DNA of 64,000 bases from Bispira polyomma (lineage: Eukaryota): the NCBI GenBank assembly GCA_965649765.1, contig OZ287755.1, positions 31,620,001-31,684,000 on the forward strand. Reading direction: 5' to 3'. The notes below the pieces were generated by a model. It did not search any database. It saw only the letters and a program-made list of their open reading frames with translations, and was not told where the DNA came from. This document shows positions 26,332 through 39,137 of this stretch, one piece after another. Position 1 is the stretch's first letter, and the number at the start of each line of letters is the position of its first letter. Made by a program: the position numbers and the translations under genes.

Positions 26332-27296
26332 GAAGCAATCCCATTAAAAACTTGCTGACAAGTCAGGCCTGCAAGAGGATGCACACTGCTCTAGCTGCCT
26401 CTACCACTGCTGTTCAGGCTTTTCATAGCTTTCAGCATTTTTATGGCTTGGCCAGCCTCTCAGGTGAATGTGTTCCATATTCTTACTTTTCTAGAATTCT
26501 TAAGCTATAACAGTGTGTCTTCCTCTCAAGTGGCTAATTACTTGTCAGCTTTAAAAGCTAAATGTATTCTATTCCATATGGATATCCAAGCTTTCTCTGA
26601 CCCTAGGATTTCTTATTACACTAGGGCTCTTCTGGTTAATAGACCACTGCAGGTCAAGTAAAAAAGTGTCTTTGACATTCCTCTCATGTTGAAGCTAGTA
26701 GAAAAATGTGAAGCCACCTATATGGGTTTAAAGCTATGTATGTAACAAGTTTTTTCAGTTTTCTTCGTTTATCTAATTTGTGCCCCCCACTCTAGGGCGG
26801 CATTCTCACCCCTTAAGCATCTGGCCAGGGGGGACGTTTTGTTTAAACCTGATTATGTTATTCTTTTGGTTAAATGGAGCAAGACTTTGCAAATTAATGA
26901 TGCAGTGAGGCTTTTGTCATTACCAGCTCTCCCCTCTTCCAAATTGTGCGCAGTGAGGGCCTTAAAAGCTGTACTAGCTGTGTCTCCCCCTGACAGAATG
27001 CCCCTTTATTTCAGTATAAAATTAATAATTCTTGGGTTCCAATGACGGATAATCGGGTGAGACGCCATCTTAAAAATGTCCTGGCTTTAATGGACATGCA
27101 GCATTCAAATTTAACTTTTCATGCCTTCCGGCGTCCAGGGGCCATGTTCGCGTTTAATAACAATGTTTGTCTGCAGGACATTCAGCGGCATGGCACCTGG
27201 ACGTCGGATTGTGTGTGGCGATATATTACCGATTCTGCTCAAGTAGGCACTCAGGTGGCTGATTCCTTGCTATGGCCCTACAAACTACCCCCTAGA
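26332..27296 (+). pseudogene. tyrosine recombinase of E4, fragmented
   Basis: FLRLSN, KWSKT, HAFRRPGA and HGTWTSDCVWRY across ORFs 26443, 26839 and 27042. Confidence 0.9.
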
Positions 27297-27337
27297 AAGA
27301 TTTGGGCTTGGTGGTTTGGGACATCTCAGAAAGAATC

Positions 27338-27771
27338 AAGAATCACAGTACTTGGGGCTTAAGGGCACCTTATTTTGGGGAGTACATTATGTACTCTTAC
27401 ACATCACTTATTAAAAATTCTAAATTCTAATCTTTATTCAAAATCTTAAATTGATCGACTTTATTTTAAATCTTTAATTCTTAAACTGAACTTTTTAAAT
27501 TCAAGTTAGGGTCACCTCTTTCCTTTTCAAAATTTTGGTCACCTTAACTCCAGTTTAAGAACTTAATTTATGGTAACCTTACTTTCTTAACTTATACTCA
27601 CCTTAGGGTTAACCCAACTTATCTTAACTTAAGGTCATCATATGCCCCTTCACTAATTGTATATAGTAGTTGTCTAACATGCTAGTATACTAATAAACTT
27701 GTGAACCGCAGCCTTTTTTCTGTATTACAAATTAAAATCTCATAGTTTCTGCTCTGGTTCCTGGGAACTGT
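27338..27771 (+). repeat. repeat B1 of E4
   Basis: 434-bp direct repeat of 28680-29113. Confidence 0.93.
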
Positions 27772-27915
27772 ACAAGGCAACGCCCTAGCTTTGGTGGGTT
27801 CAGTTCGGGGTACCAGACTGTTCGTCACGTCTGGCTGGGTTTCACTATAAAAGGCAGGAAAATTTAAATCTCCCTTCTTTTCGTCAACCGTCAGCAGAAG
27901 AACAACTTCAAAATA
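27771..27915 (+). repeat. repeat A2 of E4
   Basis: Copy of A1, abutting B1 at GGGAACTG-T-ACAAGG. Confidence 0.93.
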
Positions 27916-28679
27916 CCCACCCTCCTCTGCCCTGTTTAATTTTTGTTGTACTAGTTTCAGATGCTTACAATATCATTCACGGAGCAGCAGTGATCCTGTC
28001 ATGCCCTGTTGTGCTAGTATAAGCTGCAGGCTCGTTCCGACCTTGTGTTTGGGCTCATCACCACAGTACTCCCGGTCGGGTGCAAGATGGGATGTATGGT
28101 TTAACATTCTAGGCTCTGTGTTGTGGGCAATGACGAACTTTAGACAGCTTGTGACCTGGAGACTCCGGCTGTGGTGTATTATGTTGATGCCTGGATCCTG
28201 CTGTTTTGTTAAAGTGTTTAATTTAGTAATTAATTCTTTTCCTCCAACTGTATAATGTTATTAAGGGGTTGTATTGCTCAACCATGTAAGACTGTTGCAG
28301 TAGAGCTAAAGAGGGGAAATTCTGAGTTTAATAAACTTTACAAGATGGCTGCTTTACCATCTACCCGGGTTGGTTACCCTATACTAAATGACTTGTGGTG
28401 GAGTATATGCTATTAAATATTCTGTTATACCACGCTAACCGTGACCAGTCCTGCCTGTTGGCCGTTGTCCTTCTTCTCCTTTTGCTGATGTTTTGACATA
28501 AACTGTATTATTATTGTTTCTTTTAATTTCTTTTAAACTTTTACATTTTTGCATTGAATTTACACAAGTTATATGTTTTATTTACTGTGATATGTGGTTT
28601 CGGAAATCTCTTCTCACCTCAAACGTTAAAAAGTTTATCTGTTAAATAATAAAGAATACCAAAGGTCAATAAATAAATA

Positions 28680-29113
28680 AAGAATCACAGTACTTGGGGC
28701 ATAAGGTCACCTTATTTTGGGGAGTACATTATGTACTCTTATACATCACTTATTAAAAATTCTAAATTCTATTCTTTATTCAAAATCTTAAATTTATCGA
28801 CTTTAATTGAAATCTTCAATTCTTAAACTGAACTTTTTAAATTCAAGTTAGGGTCACCTCTTTCCTTTTCAAAATTATGGTCACCTTAACTCCAGTTTAA
28901 TAACTTAATTTATGGTAAGCTTACTTTTTTAACTTATACTCACCTTAGGGTTACCCCAACTTATCTTAACTTAAGGTCACCTTATGCCCCTTTACTAACT
29001 GTATATAGTAGTTGTCTAACATGCTAGTATACTAATAAACTTGTGAACCGCAGCCTTTTTTCTGTATTACAAATTAAAATCTCATAGTTTCTGCTCTGGT
29101 TCCTGGGAACTGT
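28680..29113 (+). repeat. repeat B2 of E4
   Basis: Copy of B1, ending GGGAACTGT. Confidence 0.93.
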
Positions 29114-30361
29114 TATTCTAGGTAACCATCAACTAGTATAATGTTCTTATATAATGTACAAGTATAATGTTCTAATGTACAGTGTTTCTGCATATTCTCT
29201 GTGTATAATGATAAATTTAAATATATTTACAGAACCATTCAACATATTGTATATTTTGTTTTGTTTTTTTGCAACACGCAGAAATATCATGTATTTTTGT
29301 CAATTGTAATAATATTGATGTTATAAAAAAACTTAAATTTAAATTTAAAAATAGAAAAAAAAGAATAAAAAAGATGTTTGATAGAACTTTCAAAACTGCA
29401 TTAAAATATGAAGCCACAGTTTTTAAATTATATTTTTGGTTCCAACCAACAACCAATACACACCATTTTATATATTTGTGAATCGGGAGACTTTTGAAAA
29501 ATACATAAGAAAAGACAATATAGTAGCCATAAAGATCATAGAACACACAACTGCTCTTTCTCTTGGGGATACAAAGAAATAATAATAAGATTAAATACCT
29601 GTTGACACATGTCGTACACGTTTGTAAAGACAATGAACCTCCGAAGATTTATTGCCTTATAAATATGTTTGTTGAGGGGTTTGATTCCTTATGCTATTTT
29701 TCCTATTCCTTAAGTATTTTTAGCGATATAATTAATTTACTTTAGAATTAAATGATCAATTCATACAATTCATATATTATTTGAAACAATTAATTTCGAG
29801 GAAGATAAAAAAATGGTAGAGGACGGATTTTTATTTGTATGTGTTAGTAACTGTTTATATCTCAACTGGGAACAGATAGTGTAATTTAATAATGCGATGC
29901 GACCCTAACATACGTAAATCGAAGCATTAGTGCTAATGTGTGTAGTAGTGTATTGTGTAGTTTTTAACATGTGTTACTGATGTCAAGCATCTCCCAGAGC
30001 ACAACACCAGAATTGATCATGATCTTAATACATATAGTCAATTGGTTGTCAGCAGGCAATACCATGTTCACATCTTGTCCAAGAATGTTGTCCTCAGTGG
30101 GTGTTATGGTGAAACCACGGGTAAAACTGGAGAACTTCTGCTTATCAAACCAACTTTATTACTCAAGTAATAGAAGTCATTTCATTATAGCCAATGTTAA
30201 TATTTATATTTGGGAGAGTATCTTCATGAACTCGGATATTTGAATATTAGAAGTTTGGAGGTTTTACTGTAATAGTCTTCTTGCTGAGTTTACATCACTA
30301 GAAAGACTTTCTGGGTTTAGGAAAAACTTCAAAACCTTTCTTCTCAAACTCGCTTACCACC

Positions 30362-31165
30362 TTAAGCCACACAGTGCTTACAATCAGTTAGAGAGCTGCT
30401 GCGACTTTAAAATCGTGTTAGGTTGCTGGAAGTGTTTTCAATCCTTAAAGGTTGCTGGAGTTTCCGCTAGATCTTTGAAGATCTTATAATGGCTTTGTTC
30501 GTAAAGAGGTTACCTGAAGTACAAGTGATTCCTCTCTACAATTCAAAAGGTTGCTGGAGGTCTTTGTATGATCTGCGACTGATCTGCGACTAGTTCCTTA
30601 GAAGGTGCCATCTCCATGCCACAACTCTTCAGAGGTTTTTGTTTAACAGGTCTTTGATATTTTTAATCGGGAACCTATCTGACATCTGTCTCCGACAAGT
30701 CTGCAGATCACTTGTCGATCTAAAAACCAATCTTTAGTAATCCCAGCAAGGCGGCGACTAATCTCTAATCAGTTGTACAAACAATCCCCGAGTGATCTCA
30801 CCACCTGTTGCCGACATGTGACACATCAATAGAAAGTTCCAGACCTCTATTCACTGATTTCTATTCAGTTTGCCACCAGTCTGCCATTAATCCCCGAGTA
30901 GTCTCACCATATATCACCGTCCAATCAAATTATCGGAGAACGCTTTATTTATAGCCAGATTAGTATGCTCTTCGAGGGGTCTGCGATGGTGCCACCAGTA
31001 TGGACCACCGTGCAACAAATGGCGAGTAGTCTTTGATAGTCACATAACGATCTCAGTCTGGATGCAGACAATTGCACGGAGGTCTTTGTCAGTCGCCGAC
31101 CATTTCACAACCAGTCCCAGACTGATGAAAACTCTTCATTCAAAAGATGTCTCTATTTAATTACT
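30362..31165. repeat. probable non-autonomous DNA transposon relic with short internal repeats
   Basis: Recurrent GGTTGCTGGA and CTGCGACT-like motifs; GC-richer than flanks; termini not resolved. Confidence 0.35.
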
Positions 31166-34100
31166 TAAGTGCAGAATGTAAAATTTACCAGCAATCTGAA
31201 GTTCAGCATTCTTAAGATTTTCCAAAGATTTGTATTCAATTATAAAGCAGGCTTTAATGTGGCCAACCACAAAAAAGGCTGTAAAATGCAAAATACAATA
31301 TTTTTGAACAAGACTGTCAAGAGGTAACTAACAAAGCACTATATGGGACTGTATTAACAACCATTGCTAAAATAACCTTTAGACATGAAAACTAGAGTCT
31401 CAGCAAGACACGAGATAAAAACGTTAAGCTGATCCATATCTAGTTACATAGACCAACTTTGGGATTTAATAAAAAAACACAGTACAAGTTATTAGAAATT
31501 GCTAAGGCAAATTGGAGTTTCTACTTATAAATCATTGATTTTATTCCATCAACCCATGTACTCAATAGACAATAAATTCTCAATCAATGATCTCGTTGCA
31601 TTCTACGTTAGATGTATATTTATAATGCAATTAACACAATATCTTATAATGTTGACAATGATTAATTTGTCTTTCTGTTTTGAATAAGACTTCCATAAAA
31701 CTTTTATAGTTTACCCAGCCCTAAAAAACTTGAACACTTTTAATTTCACAAAAAAACCCTCCTGTTTCTTCTGTAGCCAGTAAATTTATCATTGTGGATG
31801 GTTTAATTGATCTTACTGGGTTTTTGTTTTGTATTTATTATAGTTTGTACCTTTTAAACTCTAGAGTCAAATTGAATTTATCTTAGAACCAAGTTATTTT
31901 ATATCAATTTTTCCAATCTAAGTTAGATTTTTCTTTGGGTATAGTGATATTTATGCGTATTAATATAAACATGTGACAATATTTTTTCCATACCAAAGTT
32001 GATCTTTGCACTTTAAGAAGGATGCAGTTATCCCGAATGTCTAGCTCTTTTATTGGGAATACTGTAAATGCTGTTGTGTCATGAAGTTTTTCCACCTTGT
32101 TATTACTGCAGCCCAAATAAAGTGTAATTGCAAATGAAAATAAATAATGCTTTAAATAAATAAATTTTTTCCCTTTACATTGTGTCTCTTATGTTTCACC
32201 TTTTTAAGGTAGCTTTAACATTAGGGCGTCCCTTCTAATATATGTAGCACAATGTTTACTTACTCAGTACCCAGTGGTAGATAATTAATATGGAATAAAA
32301 GTAATATTCCCAAAGCCCCCGTTCATTATTCTTGAATTACTCGTAGTTTAAGGTCACAAGAGTGTTGCTGAGCCCTAAATATTCAAACAAAAATATTAAA
32401 AACATAGGTCCTATAAATATAATATATGCTATGTGAAACAACAATTGTGTTAGACACAAGTGCAAGCTGTATGATCATAAACATTGGTAACGTTAATAAA
32501 TGGTCATCATCAAATTATTTTTAAAAGGGGAATGATAGTTCTACTGGTGCTTTGGTGCAGTAACAAGAAAGTAAATCATTAATACAAGACACTGTATTTA
32601 TAGTATAAACACACATTATAAAAGACAGTAAATATATAAAGAGGGTGATAAAGGTTAACCTATATTGCAGACCTTGGTTTGACTATAACAAACTTTTCTG
32701 TGCTGACTTACAGTAAATGCTATAAATTCTAGGTAAATAGTACAGTGCTTTTTACGGTTTTATTCCCATGGTACATTTGATATGGAATAGTGTATGCATG
32801 ATAGCATTATAAATTTCTACTCCTGGCCCATCAATTTTTCACAAACCAATATGTTAGCAAATACGTTTTTATTTGGATACATTTCCTTAAAACATCAGAA
32901 ACCTTTCAACATAGAAGCATCCATTGCACTAAACCTTAATTCATATAACCTTGCTGTACCCATTACTTGATTATCCCAGTAGCTTTAATGGTAGTGTCTG
33001 CACCCTTGTTTCTGTAAGTTTTGTTTTCTATTGATGCGAATATTTTCTGTGTGTAGTAATGTGCAAGTACATAAATATATAATCTAGAATCTCCTATATA
33101 TCAATAACATAGAAATAATAAACCATTATTTTCTTCAATTTATTTACCTTCTTTAAATAATTTGTAAATGTGAATAATAAGGCAAGAGAAGATGAGAAAC
33201 AAATGAAACTTCTTCTATTATACTTACATATGTCTGATACTTGCCGCAGGTCAGTGATTAACTGGTGATTATCATTTATCATTATTATTATTGTGAATTT
33301 TTAACGCGTTTTATTGGTGCTAGGCATCTTCCAAAGCGCAACAGCAGATCCAATCATAACATCCATGCGAAAGAAGTGAGATTAACTTCCACCATCTGAA
33401 TCTGGCTGTCATAATGTGACTTAGGCTGTTGACAAAAAGATACAAATTTATCTAATCTTATTAGTTGAATGAAATACTTCGTGGGAAAAAATTTCATAGA
33501 AGGAAACTGTAATACAGGATCTATAACGATGCAAACAGAAACCCCCCCAAAACAGAAACAGATTATATTAAAATAAAACAGTTATGAAAACAAGTTTTAT
33601 TTTACCCAAGCAACTAAGAATTTCTGTTTTTAGAAAAATAGAAACTGTGTCCTAAATATGCTTTAGTGCTCATGGTGTACTGGAATCATAAGTAGAGTTC
33701 TTTAAAAATAACCCTCCTAATAGTGTTGTATTGATATGAGGTATTTTCAATTGAGAAGTTCAAAAACATAGCCAGGTTCTTAAGGAAGGATGTTAGCGTG
33801 TACATTGAGGGAACTAATTCGGATAAACTGGTATGAAGAGATAAGTTTCAAGTTTTCTTTTAAACCCCAAAAGTAGTTTTAGTGATCTAAGCTCAGCCAG
33901 AGACTATTTCATAACAAAGGGACAGCAATTGAGAAACCTCTAGATCCAGCCCTCTTGGTGAGTTTATTAGAGGAAACAGATATCTTTCCTCTCTTAAGGT
34001 TACTGAGTGTAAGACGAGTGGCAAGGTAGGGTAGGGCTGTTGAGAATGAACAGCTTTGGAAGTGGTAACATGGATTTTAATCAAAGTTAGATAAAGAATG

Positions 34101-34471
34101 GGAAGCTATTAAGATGCTAGTAATTTGGTAGAAACACCCATTTTAAACAGGATTTGCTTAACAACAATCATGTGGCTTGCTACGTTTGGAGGGGTAATGA
34201 TAGGACTTTTAAGCAAATGTAGTTTAATAGAGAAGTCTCAGGAGAGAGTTTTGGTGATCCCTATGTATCTTTCTTTAGTTTTCCAAGTAGGCGGATTAAC
34301 AAATAATATAACATGTATTGTAACAATCAATTATTTAGTTTTAACTATCTTTATATATATTTAATAAAACTTCCACACTGAAGCTGATTATTGGTGAATG
34401 GCTTTAGCATATACTTTGGGCACTAAAAACGACATGGTGTGATAATAAACATGTTTGTTTTCATGCAATAA

Positions 34472-35137
34472 TGCCGTGGTCACACTGAGTGCATTCGCGT
34501 TACGTTTTGTTTTTTCGTAAACGTGAGAAAACTAAAATGGGGAAACAACAAAAATCAAATGTATTTGTACACATCCAGTACGCATCTGTACATGTTTGTA
34601 CATGCATTTAATACGTTTTAATAGCTTTTTCAACTATCTTTACCTTGTTAGCCACGTTTTAAAAATACATGAGCCTCGTTAGCCATGTTTTAGCCTCGTT
34701 AGTCACGTTTTAGAACTATGTTAGTCACGCTTCTAAACCCGTTTCAGTCTCATTCTCCTCGTTTTTACCGTTTGTAAACCCGTTTCGTTCTCGTTCTCCT
34801 TATTCTTAATATTATGTGTAGGTATAGTTTGTTTTAATCATGCTCTTCATGTCAAATACGCATTAAATACGTTTCATACGTTTGCCGCGAACGCACCACC
34901 CGTTCCCTGAATTTTTTTGCAGCAAACGGCAAAAAACGTAAAAAAAATTTCGAGCAGTCCAAAAATTAAGACGTTTTTTTTAAAAACAGGAGATAACCAA
35001 ACTTGAGGTACCACCTTTCCCTTACGTTTACTTCTGTTACTTCCTTTTACTACATTTTACTTACGTTCACTACGTTTTACCTTACGTTAGCCATTTTTGG
35101 TGTGCAATCGAAACATAAGGCCAGTGTGACCATGGCA
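34472..35137. mobile_element. PIF/Harbinger-type MITE
   Basis: 16-bp TIR TGCCGTGGTCACACTG / CAGTGTGACCATGGCA; TAA TSD on both sides. Confidence 0.9.
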
Positions 35138-35555
35138 TAAGCTTTTGCTTCTCCTATGCCAACTAAATTTACATTTATGAATAAGTAATCTTTGTGCAGG
35201 TTTTATTTGTCAATGTTAGTTTTTGTGTTGTTTTGCTTGCATGCAGTATACATCTGAATTATAAGGAATTTGTCTAAATCCTTTTCATTAATCTGTTCTT
35301 CTTTCTTTTATCTTATCCAAGGGTATTTAAGTATCGAAAAATTCTTTGATATCTAAGTTTATCATATTATAACTATCTGAATATAGTTTGCTCATACAAA
35401 GTTAGGTATAGCACACTATAGCGAGGAAGCAATTATCCGTGATGGATACCTCTAATGGAGACATGCCACTGAAAACAAAGTTAAACAGAGTTTATCTTGA
35501 AGACGTGCAACTCGTTCAACAGGTTTATTTTTTTCAGCAACGCTTAGTACGTTTA

Positions 35556-35845
35556 GGCTTCCTTTCAGCCCAAATGTCAGCCGATTTATTAAAATCTGAG
35601 CCGAGTTGATATCAGCCGATGTAGGGTTTTCTTTAATCTGATATTTACTATGTAAAATGATGTGAGAGATTTTTTTCTTCTTTTTTGTTCAAAATTCAGA
35701 CCGAGCTCTTGATTTTTTTCGCTCCCTGTCCAATTGAATGTGATGGTGGAACAGACATTTGCCGACATCTGATCTGATGTGAGGAAAATCTGTCTGAAGG
35801 AAGCAGTTCCGCCGTCGGCCGACAAATATCAGCTGAAAGGAAGCC
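35556..35845. mobile_element. MITE with 14-bp perfect TIR
   Basis: GGCTTCCTTTCAGC / GCTGAAAGGAAGCC flanked by TA. Confidence 0.85.
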
Positions 35846-36291
35846 TAGGCTAACAGTGCAAATGAGGATAAAGAACCAAATAATAAATCCAATAAAACCG
35901 ATAGCCTGATGACAAATACATGCACTGGTGATGATACCTTGAGAGGATGTAGAAAGTAATAGATGAGGATACAAGTCAGTTTATGATGAACTAAAAGTAT
36001 ACTGTATATTTAATTGCAGTAAGAATGAAAATAGTTTTTATTTATAGCAAATTATTTACTCAGATCTGGGCCTCATCTCACAAAAAACATCGGCTTAAGT
36101 ATACGTTTCTGTATCAATTGTGATGGCCAAATCTAAAAGTGCCCATATCTCACTTATTTTTTGATCAAGCAGGTTTTGGGCCTGAAACCAACCTATAGGA
36201 AATCATGGATTGGGAATCTTCTGATGTGGTCCGATTTGACCTTTGGCCCCTCATTCAAGGTCAGTCGATAGCGAGGGTGCTTGCTACCTAA

Positions 36292-36566
36292 GGTGCTTGT
36301 TACGGTAGCCTAGTGGTTAGCAAGCATTGCGCTTCACAATCACCGGTCTCTCACCTCTGGGCGGCGTGAGTTCGAATCCCATCGATGCCTATGTGGGAAA
36401 GGTGGTAGTTCCTTACTGTGGGCCGCTGGTTTCAGTGCAGAACCTTGATCAACTGTATGCAGTGTTTCCTCCAGCGTTTCCAACTACCCGTCTCAATATA
36501 ACCTAAACAGGTACTAGAGTGGATGTTAAATATCCAAATTAAAAAAAAATAAAAAAAACAAAAAAA
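36292..36566 (+). mobile_element. SINE family 1
   Basis: GGTAGCCTAGTGG (A box), GAGTTCGAATCCC (B box), shared core, poly-A tail. Confidence 0.9.
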
Positions 36567-38397
36567 CTTTCTAATGGATACAAATATGCATCAGTTCTCC
36601 GATGCGCCAGGTCTAGTTGGAAGTTGGTTTGGAAGATTTCAAATATCTTTATTTGCAGAGTTGTAAAATTAGACATACATGTTGTCAGTGCTTTGAACTT
36701 TGTGATTCTGTGATGTTTGAAGTATATCGAGCAGTATATACAAGCAGTGGGCATAATCTCAGCTAAGTTTGAGTTTGAGTCAATTCCAGATACAACTGAG
36801 TTTGAGTCAATTCCAGATACAACTGAGTTTAAGTTTACATAACTAGAGTTAATGTAACCTTAACGATTTACTAATTTAGGTAAAGTGACTTTAAAATATC
36901 TGATGTCTGCCGTCGTGCTTGCATGTTTGTTTGCTTGCTCTTGTGTATATTGGTGTTTTATGGATGCTCCCAATACCATCGACACAAGCTGAAACTAATC
37001 TAAGTTAGCACCAGCCCAAAATATATGCAAATAATGTGGCTATACATAGTTTACTGTAACATACATGATTTGACATTACTTGATATTCATAATATTAACA
37101 ACATTTAATTGATACACAATTTATAATACTTTCATGAAAAATGATACTGCTCCAATATGCTGCTGCTCTAAAGCAAGGAGTGCCCTCATCTAGTATTAGG
37201 GGATGGAGACAAGCAGGGGAAACCCATGGTGGCCCCAGGAGAATAAAGGGTGAAATCCTGCAGCTGAGTGATGTTACTCACTGTTCAGAAGACCTGTCTC
37301 CAGATGTCCCCGCCTCCCCCGCGCTACAGTCGTTAAGTGGGACAACATGCAGCCCTCCTGGTAATTGCTCCCTGTGCGATGAAGAAGCAGCAGCATACAG
37401 GTGTTGTTGTGGATAGGCATGTTTTCTATATATATACCCACCCTTAGGCAATCTAAATGATGGGTTAAACTGTTTTATTAGGGTTCAAGGCAGCCTAGAC
37501 TGTTTCCTGCTGCTTCCTCTCTATTTGTGACATAAGCATTTCTCAAAAGTACTTCAAAAATAATTTCTTCTTTGTAGACTAGTTCTAGCTGGCATTTGCA
37601 TGTTTCATGGCGACAGCATTTGTGCTTGACGTAGTCTATCACAGATTTAAACTGCATATTTAATGTAGTTGTATTTGCCTGAATGTCGATGCAGGTTTGA
37701 AGCTTTGGCCGACAGTGCTAGATAATTTCATTTGACATGGGGTGATTTGATAGAGTTGGTGTATGTTAGATTTATTGCCTTGTAGGACTCATATAATGAT
37801 GTCTTAGTATAGGGGCCATTTTAGCCTTCCATGTATGGCTAAACACAATTCACAAAAGCACCATTTATGGAGTGTTTACAGCAAGGTGGATTATATGGCT
37901 TCATAATTAATGATTACACAGCTTTAAATAGATTTATGCCAATGTCATGATCTCCTGCATACTCTCTGTGTTGTAACAGTCTGATGTATTTGTGCATATA
38001 GATTTTAGTCATAGTTTTCTCTGTTTAAATTGTGCTACTTACTCATATTATTGGCTAATCCTATGTTCTCAAGTAATATGCTCGTAGTTTGTACACTGTA
38101 TATTGTATTGTGAACTAATCAAAACAGAATCTCAAACTGCATCTTTCACTGACTTGGATACTATTGTACCATCTTAGGTGGAATGTTGTCTTATTTAATG
38201 GAATCCCAAGTAGTGTCTTCTAATATTTAAACACATCTTCCTTTTCATTGGAGGAGGATATCAAAATTAATAGTACATTGGTACTGTTGCAGTACGTTAT
38301 GGAATAAAGCGACAATAAAAACTTAGAAAAGTGCATTTTGGGAGCATTATTATGTCCAACACCGTTTAGCGTAAATTACTAATGTTAACAGTATCAT

Positions 38398-38745
38398 ATG
38401 TGGTCTCTGTGGACTAATGGTTAGTGTGTTGGTCTTTGGATCTCAGGTATCTAGAGAGTCAGGGTTTAATCCATGCCTGCAGGCCTGGAGATTGTACCCT
38501 TGGACAAGGTGCTTTATACAAAGTTGTCCCTCTCTGTATAAATGGGTAACTGGCTGCTAATGAGTGTTATGAGTGTTAGTCTTTGTGCGCCGCATGTGGC
38601 AGCACGGCTAATATGCTTCACGAGGGACCTGAAACTGGACAATTGGTTGACAAGTGAAAGAACCCAGACTGGGGTAATAATGTCAAAGTGCATTTGGTAA
38701 CAGTCATGTTGGAAGTGTGCTATATTAAATTAAACAATTATTGTT
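38398..38745 (+). mobile_element. SINE family 2 (tRNA head, CORE-like)
   Basis: TGTGGACTAATGGTTAG head, TGTACCCTTGGACAAGG..TATAAATGGGTA core; second copy at 44290-44560. Confidence 0.7.
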
Positions 38746-39137
38746 ATTATATTTACACATGCTTGTGATTAGGGTTTTTCGGTTCAAAACTATGTGTGTA
38801 TAAGATTGACTTGTATATATAAAACATATCATGTACTTTTCATTTTTAATATTCCTTATTGATATAAGACATCTTCTAAAGGTCTAATATTTGTATTCAT
38901 AAAGTTTGACAAGAAGCATTAATTATATTGTAGCACACACAATGCTACAGCATTAACAGCTTGCTTAAGATAGAGATGTGCTTTTAAAATTCAATTTTAA
39001 GAAGATTTTTACAAAACTGCAAGAGCAGAGATGTATGATCCTTTATTTGTTTTTTTACCTGGTTTGATTAACGTTTTCTGAAGCAGTAGACTTCTCCAGC
39101 AACCTACAGCTTATTTGTTAAACACATTTCAGGCAAT

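Larger units (their letters stand above)
23200..29113 (+). mobile_element. YR retrotransposon E4 with complete split direct repeats (A1-gag-pol-YR-B1-A2-spacer-B2)
   Basis: A1 23200-23344 matches A2 27771-27915; B1 27338-27771 matches B2 28680-29113; no TSD seen. Split direct repeats are diagnostic of Ngaro/PAT-type DIRS elements. Confidence 0.93.

Noticed and set aside
28005-28075. Hammerhead-ribozyme-like string on the minus strand (GTGATGA-GCCC..GGTC-GGAAC-GAGC..GCTT-ATA)
   Set aside because: Core deviates from CUGANGA and GAAA, stem II has a mismatch and stem I is unconvincing. Worth rechecking only on a family consensus.
29217-29633. ORF MSLQTCTTC.. shared with 21300-21503
   Set aside because: Similarity follows DNA duplication; non-ATG starts, low-complexity AT-rich translation, no supported exon structure.
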